From: a virus
IMG/VR virus record: IMGVR_UViG_3300011115_000874
Coordinates: 1-64,000 of that record
Reading direction: 5' to 3' (one strand)
Length of the DNA: 64,000 bases
The notes under the pieces were generated by a model, which was given only the letters and a program-made list of their open reading frames with translations, did no database searches and was not told the origin of the DNA. Shown piece after piece: positions 9,992 through 19,971 of this stretch. A program made the position numbers and the translations under genes. Numbering within the stretch: position 1 is the first letter of the stretch; each line of letters starts with the position of its first letter.

Positions 9992-12790
9992 TTACTTATT
10001 TATTTTGCTATATTCATTAGCAGCTTGAACAATAGCATTTTTTAATGCTCTTCTTTCACCACCATCTCCTTTTAATAATTTATCATTTAGATATGGTATT
10101 ATGTCTCGTAAAATTAATTGTATTGCTTCTTCAACAGTGTTAATTCTTTGAAGTTGAGCTTTAAGTGTAGTATCATTTAGAATTGCTTTAACAGTCGCTG
10201 ATACATCTTTAGCTTCTTCTTCTTGTATTCTGTTTCTTAAATTAAAGAATACAGATTTAGTTTTGTTTTTATCCTTTTTATATTCAGGATCTAAGAATTC
10301 ACTATTTTGATTAAAGATAGCTAGAACCAAATCTCTAAATTCAGCTACTGTATCAATTCTTTTTAGTAATGATTTTATTGAACTTCTAGAAGCAATAGTT
10401 TTACCTATACGATCAACGTCTGGTTGGGTTTTGTTTTTATCTTGTAACTTATCAATGTTTCGGAGTTGTGTAGCTGCATCGCCCGGTTTCATGAAAATAT
10501 AATTACCTCCAGGTTGAGATATAAATCCTAATCCTTTTAATTGTTTCTTTTCAGCGTCACTAAGCTTAGATGAATCTAAAATACTTAAAGTATTATCACC
10601 TTCTGCTGCGTACATACTACCTAATAATGCTAATAATCTAACTTTACTTGCTTGTATAATATCATCAGTTATTCCTAATTCTTGGAACACATCATCTACC
10701 ATTGCTTCATTAAGTATATTAATCAATTTAAACTCAGTTACTGTTTGAGTTTGAGCTCTAGTTGTAGCGCCAGGTTTAGTAGCAATAGCTTTAGCTCTTG
10801 GTTGAAGATCAACATCTAATGATTTTGATATTTTTTTAAGTAAAGTATCAGGAGATTTTCTTATATTAATAATCAATCTAGCTATTTTTTTAGCTTCTTC
10901 TGATGTTGTTATTTCTCCTTGAGCATTTTTGTATTTACCATTAATAATACCAGTTAAAATAGTATCAGTTAAGTTACTAACTTTATTATCTCCTAACTGT
11001 TTCCATATATTACTTTTATCACTTATACGAGCTAATACTAATCCTATTTGAGAATTTCTATTAAACTTATTTAAAGTAGATACATCTTGTTTAGTTTGAG
11101 CAGGAGTTTGTGTAACTGGGGCTGCATTTGATGTTGTATCAGATGTAGGTTTTTCTTTTTTAGTTTTACTATCTGTAGGAGTTGCTCCTTTTGCTTTACT
11201 TTTTTCAGAAGCGTTAAAACCTAATTTATCAGGATCAACTACAAACTGGGAGTATACTAACTTTATTGGTTCTCCTCCTTTTTCAGAAGTATCAATATCA
11301 GTTTCAGAACTTTGAAATGATGATTGTGTTTCTAAAAAATCTTGAGCGTTTTGAACTTTTTGATCATCAATTCCATTATGAGTATCTACTTCAGCAAATG
11401 ATATATCTACTGTAATTCCACTACCGTATGTTTTTTCTATAGCATCTTGTACTTTTTGAGCAGCTAATTTAGCTACTTTTTCAGATGAATCAAGACGTTG
11501 ATCTAATAAATCTCCTCCACTATTAGACACATTACTATCATCTCCTTGGTTATGAGATACAGCGGCTCCGTATTTTATTTTTAAGGTAATTTTAGTTAAA
11601 TTTTCACCCTTATTAGATTCAAGTTGATCATTTAAATCATCTATAGTTTTTTCAGCTAATTCATTTGCTGATTTTTCTAAACCTGCGTCATCTAATGTAC
11701 CTTCACCTGTCTCATATGTTTGAGTAGTAGCTGTATTATCTGTAACTTCTAAACCTTGAGTATCCACACCATTTTGATCTAAACCTCTAACAACCTCTGA
11801 GTCATCAATTTCAGTATTATATGGTGTTCCAGATGTTGGGATGTTTTGATCTATTTCTGTTCCTTCCTCTCCACTAGATTTATCAGCATCTTGACTATCT
11901 TGATCTGTGAAATCTTGTACTCCTGTGTCGTCAGGATTAGCTAAAGCTCCACTAGGACCATACATTCCAGTTACATCAGCATCTGTAAATAAACCTACAG
12001 TGCCTGCTGAGGCGTTTGATAAAGTCATTGCTGCTGTTAAGAACGCTAATGCTTTTTTACCACCTAATTTATTACCTACAAATCTAAAGAATTTCATTAT
12101 TTTGTTGCCAAAATTCTTTTCTCCTTGTTTTGCGATATAATCTACTTCTTTATTAGCCCAAATTTCAGCGGGTGCTGTGTATGTATATTCTTCTACATCT
12201 GGTTCAGGACCACCAAGTTTATAATCAACTGGGGGTTGGACTATATATTCCATATTAGGTTTTAACCCAAATTGTTTTTTACCAGCATCAATTACTATAT
12301 CTCCTCCATTCCATTTAACTTTAGAATTTGCTTTTCCTTTCCAAACAAATTTATCTCCAGGTTTTAAATTTTTTAATTGGTTAAAATCTGTAAATTCTTG
12401 CACATTACCTTCTTCAGCTTCTTGTAATTTGTTTGCTAAATTTAAAGTTTGAGTAGCTCTAAGTGTTTGAAAAAATTGATCTACATTTCTTTTATTAACT
12501 TTAGATAAATCACCAAGAATTTCTGTAGGGTTAAATCCTGTTTTCTTAATAGAGTCTACAACTTTTTTAGTTACTTGTTGTGCTTTAGCAGGTAATTTAG
12601 AAAATTTATCTTTAATTTTACTTGCTATACTTTTTAAATTAATCTCATTAATTTCCTCTTTTAAAATGCCTTTAGAATAATAATGATTATATAGGTATAC
12701 CTCAGTTAGTATACCTATAATTTCATTATAATTATCTTGAGCAGGCTTAACCCCTGCTAGTTGTTGCATTCTTAAAAATTCTTTATTCAT
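9992..12790 (-). CDS. Large putative virion-internal/ejection protein
   Basis: 932 aa; N-terminal EFLRMQQLAGV motif, several [LI]xE sites, internal hydrophobic segment, two C-terminal helical repeats. Confidence 0.55.
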   Translation of the reverse strand: MNKEFLRMQQLAGVKPAQDNYNEIIGILTEVYLYNHYYSKGILKEEINEINLKSIASKIKDKFSKLPAKAQQVTKKVVDSIKKTGFNPTEILGDLSKVNKRNVDQFFQTLRATQTLNLANKLQEAEEGNVQEFTDFNQLKNLKPGDKFVWKGKANSKVKWNGGDIVIDAGKKQFGLKPNMEYIVQPPVDYKLGGPEPDVEEYTYTAPAEIWANKEVDYIAKQGEKNFGNKIMKFFRFVGNKLGGKKALAFLTAAMTLSNASAGTVGLFTDADVTGMYGPSGALANPDDTGVQDFTDQDSQDADKSSGEEGTEIDQNIPTSGTPYNTEIDDSEVVRGLDQNGVDTQGLEVTDNTATTQTYETGEGTLDDAGLEKSANELAEKTIDDLNDQLESNKGENLTKITLKIKYGAAVSHNQGDDSNVSNSGGDLLDQRLDSSEKVAKLAAQKVQDAIEKTYGSGITVDISFAEVDTHNGIDDQKVQNAQDFLETQSSFQSSETDIDTSEKGGEPIKLVYSQFVVDPDKLGFNASEKSKAKGATPTDSKTKKEKPTSDTTSNAAPVTQTPAQTKQDVSTLNKFNRNSQIGLVLARISDKSNIWKQLGDNKVSNLTDTILTGIINGKYKNAQGEITTSEEAKKIARLIINIRKSPDTLLKKISKSLDVDLQPRAKAIATKPGATTRAQTQTVTEFKLINILNEAMVDDVFQELGITDDIIQASKVRLLALLGSMYAAEGDNTLSILDSSKLSDAEKKQLKGLGFISQPGGNYIFMKPGDAATQLRNIDKLQDKNKTQPDVDRIGKTIASRSSIKSLLKRIDTVAEFRDLVLAIFNQNSEFLDPEYKKDKNKTKSVFFNLRNRIQEEEAKDVSATVKAILNDTTLKAQLQRINTVEEAIQLILRDIIPYLNDKLLKGDGGERRALKNAIVQAANEYSKINK

Positions 12791-12816
12791 AGTATAGTTT
12801 CCTATAAAGTGATAGA

Positions 12817-13332
12817 TTACAGGTTAATTTTTTTCTCGTTATATTGAGCTTCAGTAATTACACCTGCTAATTTTTGCATTTTAAGGAATGTTTCGTTTAT
12901 TGCTTTTTCTTCCTCGTCCATTGGTTGATGTTTAGTTTGACCTGCATTCCATGGATCATCTACTTCTGCATCATTCCAATTGTTTTCAGGGTTGTACTTA
13001 TCACCTTCTTCAACAGCTGGTTCGTCAACTGGTTCGTCAGTCACTACTTCTTTACCTTTGTTTTTCTTAGTTTTAACTTTTTCTAATTTTTCTTTAGATT
13101 TTTCAAGAGTTTTTAAATGTTTTTTAAGTTCATTTAATTTAGTAGGATCTACTAATTCTTGCATTTCTTCAAGGCTTTCAGCCATTTCAATTTTCTTATT
13201 TACTTTTTCAATAGCTTCAGTGTAAGCATTTAATTTAGCTTCCATTGCTGCGTTTTCAGCAACATCTTCAATTTCTTTAAGATTGTTACTGATTGATTCT
13301 CTTATGATTGAACGTAGTCTGTTAATTTCCAT
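12817..13332 (-). CDS. Acidic putative head-internal protein
   Basis: LRSIIRESISNNLKE start; C-terminal ETFLKMQKLAGVITE motif. Confidence 0.55.
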   Translation of the reverse strand: MEINRLRSIIRESISNNLKEIEDVAENAAMEAKLNAYTEAIEKVNKKIEMAESLEEMQELVDPTKLNELKKHLKTLEKSKEKLEKVKTKKNKGKEVVTDEPVDEPAVEEGDKYNPENNWNDAEVDDPWNAGQTKHQPMDEEEKAINETFLKMQKLAGVITEAQYNEKKINL

Positions 13333-13368
13333 TTTGATTGTATTTTATTATAAATATGTTGAGGTTTA

Positions 13369-16300
13369 TTAAACTGTTTTCTTTTCTACTGATTTATTTA
13401 ATTTAAAGTTTCTAACACCTTTAATCGCTCTGATATCAGTAAATAATTGTTGTAAATCTTCATCTTTAAATCCATCAGGATATGGATGTGGATCAACTTT
13501 CATTTTAATTATTGTATAGTAGTTGGGATTACTAAACGCAGATGATTCGCCTGATAAATCATAATCTTTGCTTGATACAATTGTTACACCAGGTAGTGAA
13601 CGTATATCAGATAATATATCTTTTTGTGGGCGATCTTCAGTATTAGTTAATAATAATCCTTCAATATTATATTGAGTAGATTCTTCTTTAATTATTTTTA
13701 AAGTTAACTTACCATTACCTTTAATAACACGATGCCATTCACCTTTAGGTATTGAAATAGGTTGATTCATAGAAATTGGTAGTTGGTTTTCTAATTGTAT
13801 TTTCCAATCAGTTTTGCCTACAATTTCCACTACTCGATTTTCATTATCACGATGCCATTTAAGTTCAATAGGATCAATATTTTCATCAAACTCACGAATG
13901 ATATGTTCGTTGGTTACTTCTAAGTCCTTATACGGTTTAGTTTTAACTTTAGATTTAATTTCCTCTAGTTCTTCTGGTGTTGCTGCTCCCATTGCTACTC
14001 GTAATATATCTTCGGTTTCACGTAAGTTACGAGCTGTTAAAGTATCTATAAAGTTACCTACTCTACCCATATTAAACGCGGTATTAGTGGTTATAATATA
14101 ATGTCTGGCCTCAGGTTGGAACGATGCTTGTCCTATCATAGTACCACTAGCTAAACGAATGATATACATTCTACTTTGACCAGCAGATATAATTCTAGTA
14201 ACTTGCCCTCTGTCTCCTAATGCTCTATTACGACTTGCTACTCCATTGTCATTAGCTACTACTGTACCTGATAATATTCTACTTTTAAGTGAGTCTGGTA
14301 AAGCAGTGAATCCTTGTGCTAAGCCTGCTCCAATAATTACTTGTCGAACAGCATCATTTGGTTGGGCAGTAGTTGCTGGTGGTGTAGCTGCTGCGGCTGC
14401 AGGTGTTCTAGTACCTCTAACTGCTCCTGCAGGTGGTCTTGTTCCTAATATTGTGGATACTTTAGCTGGGGTAAGATTAGCTCTAAGTAAATTACCTGTT
14501 TGTGGGCTAAGTTTTCTACTTTCAGATGGATTATTTTGATTTATAATATACCATGTTCCTTCATATTGGGCTGGTTTGTATATATTATCAGCAGTTAAAG
14601 GAGGGTTAGCAGCTAAGAATTTTTGTCCAGCATAATATTGGGATCCAGCTAAAGCAAGGAATTGAGCAGAATCATAAGCTAAATTTTGAGATCTTAAATA
14701 ATTAAAATATTCAGACCATATTTCTTGGTTTGCCATTTTTCCACTACCAAATCTTCCATCTTCTCTGTAATTAAATGCTACAGAACTTCTATCTAAAGGA
14801 TTATTTGTATTCCATAAATTAAGTTCATTCCCTGTACTGCTAGGTATTATTATAAAACTTTCATCTCCTTTTCTTACTATTCTTTTTTCTGATGGAGTCT
14901 GTTTCACTATTGAGGCTACAGTTGACATAGGTAGTACTGATGGAGGAATACTATCAAATGCTGAAACTATCCTTATAATACCATCTTGAATACCACCACC
15001 TACTGTATCTGATTTTAATATACTTTGGACAGAATCATCTTCAAATGGTACTGGTGTGTATTCTCCATTTTCAGATTTATATGCCTTAAAAGTATTTGTA
15101 TCTAACACTATTTCGCCTTCATCAGTGTTTGCTGTTATAATAGCTGATTTAGAGTCTTCTTCTTTTGATTTATCAATTACTTTATCAACAGTATCTTTAG
15201 GTAAAAGATTATCTTTTGTTAGCTTTAATAAAGCATCAAAAGGCATCTCATCAAATCTAGGTAAACTCCTTAATATACTACTTGTACGAGAGTTTACTTT
15301 AACATTAGGATATGTATCTTTTTCAGTAAATAAACCCATTGATACATCATCACCACTAAATTTTAATTTAATTATAGCTTTATCATCATTAGAAACATAA
15401 TATCTTTCATCACTAGGGATATTAAGCAATTCACCTTTAACTACTGCTTTTTTAGCTGAAAAAGGGATACTACGTGATTTTAAAGTATCTGTGGATACTT
15501 TTGAAAATCTTCTAGCATTAGCTATAATTGATTTTTGATTTTGATTAGAAAAAGAATCAAATTCTTGTAATAATGTATTTATATCTATCATCCCATAGTT
15601 TTTAGCTACTATTGTAGCCATGTCTTGGTTATCTGGGAGGATAGTTTTTACAAATTTTTCATTAGTAATATCACTAAAAAGTCCTTTTCCTTTTCTAATA
15701 ATAAGATATCGTTCTTTAAAATCTGGTGGTGCTACTTCCCATTCTTCAACTGTTATAGCCATATTAGCATACTGTCGAGTTGATAACTCAACTTTACTAA
15801 CAGGAACATATCTAAATATTCTTTCTAAACCTTGAACTGATGGGAAATTTTGTTCAACAAATGACCATGGTTCCCATCTATTCCATTCTGTACCTCTACC
15901 ACCAACATCATTATTTGATCTATCTGATACTTTATAAGTATTATCACTACCTACTACAACAACAAAGAAACTTTTTCTATCACTATTTGGTAGATTAGTA
16001 TCTTTTACTAAATAAAATGTTGGATTTTTTCTATTTGAGTCGTAGCGATAATTACCAAATGATCCTTTAGTGATACACCATTGTTCACCTTTACCAAACT
16101 TTAAACAGTTTTCTTCATTATGACCACTATAAATTATAAGACCATTTTCATTATAAACAACGTCTGGGATGTTTGATGTATCTTCATCATCTTCTTCTTT
16201 ACTTGAACCTTTATAAGCGGATACAAGTTTAATTAAAGATTTTAATGGATATTTAGCTAAATCCTTTTCAGTTACTTTAGGATTATTTTTTAATCGTTCA

Positions 16301-16476
16301 TCAAAATAGTCAATATAATCGCTTAATTGTTTATCAGCAATTGTGATGTCGAAATCATCTGCTTCTTGTTTAAATTTGTCCATTAACTGTTGCTTAACTC
16401 TTGGAGCTAAAGCTTCAGATAAATTGTTTGACCAATTATTAACTAAATGTTCTATTAATTTATGAATATTACTCAT
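13369..16476 (-). CDS. Multidomain putative virion protein (WC-motif domain, cupin-like domain, ACT-like C-terminus)
   Basis: 1035 aa; GEQWCIT...YLVKD; WHRD..IPKGEWHRVIKG cupin-like; DILSDIRSLPGVTIV..IRAIKGV. Confidence 0.6.
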   Translation of the reverse strand: MSNIHKLIEHLVNNWSNNLSEALAPRVKQQLMDKFKQEADDFDITIADKQLSDYIDYFDERLKNNPKVTEKDLAKYPLKSLIKLVSAYKGSSKEEDDEDTSNIPDVVYNENGLIIYSGHNEENCLKFGKGEQWCITKGSFGNYRYDSNRKNPTFYLVKDTNLPNSDRKSFFVVVVGSDNTYKVSDRSNNDVGGRGTEWNRWEPWSFVEQNFPSVQGLERIFRYVPVSKVELSTRQYANMAITVEEWEVAPPDFKERYLIIRKGKGLFSDITNEKFVKTILPDNQDMATIVAKNYGMIDINTLLQEFDSFSNQNQKSIIANARRFSKVSTDTLKSRSIPFSAKKAVVKGELLNIPSDERYYVSNDDKAIIKLKFSGDDVSMGLFTEKDTYPNVKVNSRTSSILRSLPRFDEMPFDALLKLTKDNLLPKDTVDKVIDKSKEEDSKSAIITANTDEGEIVLDTNTFKAYKSENGEYTPVPFEDDSVQSILKSDTVGGGIQDGIIRIVSAFDSIPPSVLPMSTVASIVKQTPSEKRIVRKGDESFIIIPSSTGNELNLWNTNNPLDRSSVAFNYREDGRFGSGKMANQEIWSEYFNYLRSQNLAYDSAQFLALAGSQYYAGQKFLAANPPLTADNIYKPAQYEGTWYIINQNNPSESRKLSPQTGNLLRANLTPAKVSTILGTRPPAGAVRGTRTPAAAAATPPATTAQPNDAVRQVIIGAGLAQGFTALPDSLKSRILSGTVVANDNGVASRNRALGDRGQVTRIISAGQSRMYIIRLASGTMIGQASFQPEARHYIITTNTAFNMGRVGNFIDTLTARNLRETEDILRVAMGAATPEELEEIKSKVKTKPYKDLEVTNEHIIREFDENIDPIELKWHRDNENRVVEIVGKTDWKIQLENQLPISMNQPISIPKGEWHRVIKGNGKLTLKIIKEESTQYNIEGLLLTNTEDRPQKDILSDIRSLPGVTIVSSKDYDLSGESSAFSNPNYYTIIKMKVDPHPYPDGFKDEDLQQLFTDIRAIKGVRNFKLNKSVEKKTV

Positions 16477-16503
16477 TACTAAATTTATTATAAATATGGG
16501 TAA

Positions 16504-16929
16504 TTATTCTTCAGTTTTATCAACTAATGGACCTCCAACAACCCAAGCATCACAAGTTCGAGCAGCAGCACATTTAAATTTTAAAAATCTGCAATATCCT
16601 AATTTACCAGCATCAATTACATCAAATGGATCTTCTGATCCTCCATCGTTACCTATACCTTTAGCGATACAGTCTAGTGTTTTTGTTGTGATATCAAATG
16701 CAGCACAGTTACCACATAATGAAGTTTTAGCTTCTTCTATAGAATCAAGCTGCCACATATCTGCTTTAGCTTGCCAAAATTTTTCATTTGGTTCATTTGG
16801 ATTTAAAGGACCATATCCTTGATTTTTAATAGCTTTTTGTCTATTTTGAAGATTTAATTCTATGTTTTGTGTAGCAGCAGGACATTTATCTATATCTGCT
16901 TCATTTAAGATATCTACTAATTTTATCAT
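16504..16929 (-). CDS. Cys-rich protein with HiPIP-like cysteine spacing and MIKL leader
   Basis: Start reassigned to MIKLVDILNEA (ATGA overlap with upstream stop); CGNC..GYC..C..TCDAW. Confidence 0.6.
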   Translation of the reverse strand: MIKLVDILNEADIDKCPAATQNIELNLQNRQKAIKNQGYGPLNPNEPNEKFWQAKADMWQLDSIEEAKTSLCGNCAAFDITTKTLDCIAKGIGNDGGSEDPFDVIDAGKLGYCRFLKFKCAAARTCDAWVVGGPLVDKTEE

Positions 16930-17636
16930 TTTGTTTTCCCCCATTTTTTACCTTTACCTTTAGTTTTACATTGAGATGGTGTAGGACGACATGATGGGTA
17001 TTTAGATCGTTTTTCACCTTCTTTACGCCCACAAGGTTTACATTTACCATTTCTACATGTATTGCAATCTACCCACCCACCTTCTTTACCTGGTGTGCCT
17101 TTACGTTTAAACCATTTATGCAATGATTCGTCTTCAGTTAAAATATCTTGAAATTCTTGAGGTAATTTTTTAATGTTTACTAATTTAGCAGGAATTGATT
17201 TTAATTCAGCATCTATAGCTTTATTAGCTCTATGATTACCATCTATAATATATTTATAATCTCTATTATCATCTACAATAATAATAATAGGATATTTAAA
17301 ATCAGCAGCACTTAACCTATCTGATTCTATACCACCACTGTCTTTTTTAATAACTATTTTTTTAATTTTTTCAATAGGGGCTTGAATAATAGGATAATCT
17401 TTTATAATATTCAAAAGTTGTGTTAATGTTATTTTTTGTCCATTTTTTCCTGTCCAAGATGTTTTTTGCCAATCTTCTTTTAAATCTTTCCAGATTTTAC
17501 CTTGACGACATCTAACAATAGCACCTGATTTGTAAGCAGATGGTTTATCGTATTTACGATCAGCAATACGTTTACAGCGATCTGCTTTTTTCTTTTTCTC
17601 CTCAAGGAGTTGTTTTAATATCTCTGTAAGTTTCAT
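16926..17636 (-). CDS. Basic Cys-rich protein with an internal ParB/sulfiredoxin-like domain
   Basis: YPIIIIV..IIDGNHRANKA ParB-like motif between two basic Cys-containing segments. Confidence 0.65.
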   Translation of the reverse strand: MKLTEILKQLLEEKKKKADRCKRIADRKYDKPSAYKSGAIVRCRQGKIWKDLKEDWQKTSWTGKNGQKITLTQLLNIIKDYPIIQAPIEKIKKIVIKKDSGGIESDRLSAADFKYPIIIIVDDNRDYKYIIDGNHRANKAIDAELKSIPAKLVNIKKLPQEFQDILTEDESLHKWFKRKGTPGKEGGWVDCNTCRNGKCKPCGRKEGEKRSKYPSCRPTPSQCKTKGKGKKWGKTK

Positions 17637-17637
17637 A

Positions 17638-18282
17638 TCACCAGAATCCTGAAAATGTTGTTTTAAATCCTAATAACTTTGCATAACGAGGTAAACGACA
17701 TGACCAGTATGATGCCTTAGTACGATCTTTTTTATTAGCACAGTTATGTCTTTTGGCAAAGGCTTGACGCGCTTTAGGATTGTTAAGTTTAGCTCTTAGT
17801 CCACCACCTGCCATACCAAATGATACTTTTTTAATACGTTTAGTTTTAGGATCTTTAACATAAACATAGAATTTTTTAGAACCACCACGTTTTGGTTTAC
17901 CTAATGCGGGTTGTTTCTTTTCTTCTTCTAATTCGGCTTCTGTTAATATTTCAATTTCCATCATTGGTAAGTCTAAAGATACTATTTCACCTTCAAACAT
18001 CCCAAAACGACCTAAATCTGTATTTTCAAATAATTTTTTATCTTCAGCTAAAAGTTCAATAATACCTTGTTTCCATAGTATACGAGCTTCATGGATTAAT
18101 TCTATATGTGATTTAGAACCAGGACGGAATATATTCTCATGGATAGGTATTTTATTAGAAATATGATATCTCATTTCCTCAGATATAGGAGAATTATATT
18201 GTTTAGACTCATTTAATGTTGGGGCAACATTAGGTTGTTCTAGTAAAGCTGATTTTATTGCTTCTATTATTAGTTGCTTCAT
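17638..18282 (-). CDS. Conserved-type phage protein with basic C-terminal domain
   Basis: KKFYVYVKDP..KKVSFG..ARQAFAKRHNC..ASYWSC. Confidence 0.6.
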   Translation of the reverse strand: MKQLIIEAIKSALLEQPNVAPTLNESKQYNSPISEEMRYHISNKIPIHENIFRPGSKSHIELIHEARILWKQGIIELLAEDKKLFENTDLGRFGMFEGEIVSLDLPMMEIEILTEAELEEEKKQPALGKPKRGGSKKFYVYVKDPKTKRIKKVSFGMAGGGLRAKLNNPKARQAFAKRHNCANKKDRTKASYWSCRLPRYAKLLGFKTTFSGFW

Positions 18283-19250
18283 TATTTAAACAATTGGTTA
18301 AAATTCATTGATATCTCAGAAGATTTAACTGTAATTCCATTATTTAATAAATTTTCATCTGGGATTTGAGATATTATATCACTAGTAATTTTTGTATAGT
18401 CTCCTTTTCCAACATAATTAACATTTAAAATATATCCTACTTCTTGATTCATGTTAGGTTTTTTAATTAATTTTGTCCATAAAAGTTTACGTAGTAAAGC
18501 TACAGTTGCTTGTTCTGGGGTTGGGTTAGAATCTAATCCTAATGCTTTATATAAAGTATCTATCTTACTAAAAAAAGGTTTAGTTATATCTAATTTTCTT
18601 AAATCATTATTAGAATAAATTTCAAATATAATTTTAAAACCACTTAATAAATCTTGAGGTTTAAAATTACCTGTGTTAGCTTGAATAGCTTCTTCATTAA
18701 ATAATGATAATGTACCAAATACTTTATTTAAAAGACTAATTGTTTCTTTATCAGTTCCAAATTTACCTAAAGTAATAGTTTTAGTATCATATGCTTTAAC
18801 TTCAACTCCAATCCCACTAATAATTAAATCTGGGTTTTCTCCTCCTCTACCATCTATAACATTTATTGATTTTATATTATGTTGATAAGCCCAATAAGTA
18901 GCTATCTCTCCATTTCCTGATCCTGCTGTAGGTGTACCATCTGATTTTAATGGTTTGATTGGGTATAAAGCAGCCCAAATTTTTTCATCGTCTCCTTTTA
19001 AATTAAAAGACTCACCTACAGATAGAGGAGTTTTACATTTTGGGATATCATTAGTTTTTAAAGCTGATTGTATTAGGGCATCATATGGACTATTACTTTC
19101 AGTTAAAATATTTGTTATATTCACATTTTCTCCTAATTTTTCATTTATTAGAGACTCAAGTAATGAAATATCAGTAGGGTTACTCATATCTGGGTAACCC
19201 TTAGGGAATTTGTAAGAAACACTGTGTAGAAATTTATCGAATATATTCAT
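18282..19250 (-). CDS. Putative PD-(D/E)XK nuclease-fold protein with N-terminal targeting-like segment
   Basis: GNGE..PDLIISGIGVEVKAY; N-terminal SYKFPKGYPD..LLESLINE. Confidence 0.5.
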   Translation of the reverse strand: MNIFDKFLHSVSYKFPKGYPDMSNPTDISLLESLINEKLGENVNITNILTESNSPYDALIQSALKTNDIPKCKTPLSVGESFNLKGDDEKIWAALYPIKPLKSDGTPTAGSGNGEIATYWAYQHNIKSINVIDGRGGENPDLIISGIGVEVKAYDTKTITLGKFGTDKETISLLNKVFGTLSLFNEEAIQANTGNFKPQDLLSGFKIIFEIYSNNDLRKLDITKPFFSKIDTLYKALGLDSNPTPEQATVALLRKLLWTKLIKKPNMNQEVGYILNVNYVGKGDYTKITSDIISQIPDENLLNNGITVKSSEISMNFNQLFK

Positions 19251-19262
19251 ATTGATAAATAT

Positions 19263-19715
19263 TTAATGAACTAATAAATAAACTAAAGGCGCTATAATTA
19301 TTACTGCTACTCCACCAGTTACAAATGTTGATGTGACCCATTTATTCTTTTTATCAGTCATATCATCCAATTTAATTTTTGTGTTTTCATGAGTAATATA
19401 CTCATCATTATACTTTTTTTGAAAATCTTTTGATACATCTAATAATTTGTCATATTCACCATTTAAGTGATCATATGCTGATCTTTCTCTTTCAATTTGT
19501 AAATCAGCATCCATCGCATATCTTTCCCATTTTGCTTTTTCAAGCTTACATCCTTCAAACTGTTTAAATTTTACTAATAATTCAATTTCTTGTTTATAAG
19601 TAAAAAATATACCAGTATCACCGCTAAAAACAATACGTTTAGGGGTTAAGTGTTGACCACATGCTATCGCGCTGGTCAAGAGTAAAATTATGGATATTAG
19701 AAATGTCTTTAGCAT
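19263..19715 (-). CDS. Secreted or lipoprotein with C-terminal TM helix, spanin-like
   Basis: Start reassigned to MLKTFLISIILLLTSAIAC; coiled coil; C-terminal hydrophobic helix; overlaps upstream gene. Confidence 0.5.
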   Translation of the reverse strand: MLKTFLISIILLLTSAIACGQHLTPKRIVFSGDTGIFFTYKQEIELLVKFKQFEGCKLEKAKWERYAMDADLQIERERSAYDHLNGEYDKLLDVSKDFQKKYNDEYITHENTKIKLDDMTDKKNKWVTSTFVTGGVAVIIIAPLVYLLVH

Positions 19716-19971
19716 TTTTGATTTGGATATATTGGATTTCTGTTTTAACATTTGTTTGAGCACTATCATAATCTCGTTTTAGTTTAGTATAAGATATATT
19801 TAATGAATCTACAATATGACTTAAACTATCAATACGATTGTCTATAGGAGGCACTATTGGTCTTATAGGTTTATTATATGTTATTATAATATGAACTAAA
19901 AATGCTATAGTAAAAAACCAAGGTAGCATTATATACCAATTCTTTTTTATAAATTTAATTGATGTGTTCAT
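19639..19971 (-). CDS. N-terminal TM plus coiled-coil protein, i-spanin-like
   Basis: WYIMLPWFFTIAFLVHIII then IDSLSHIVDSL heptads. Confidence 0.5.
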   Translation of the reverse strand: MNTSIKFIKKNWYIMLPWFFTIAFLVHIIITYNKPIRPIVPPIDNRIDSLSHIVDSLNISYTKLKRDYDSAQTNVKTEIQYIQIKNAKDISNIHNFTLDQRDSMWSTLNP

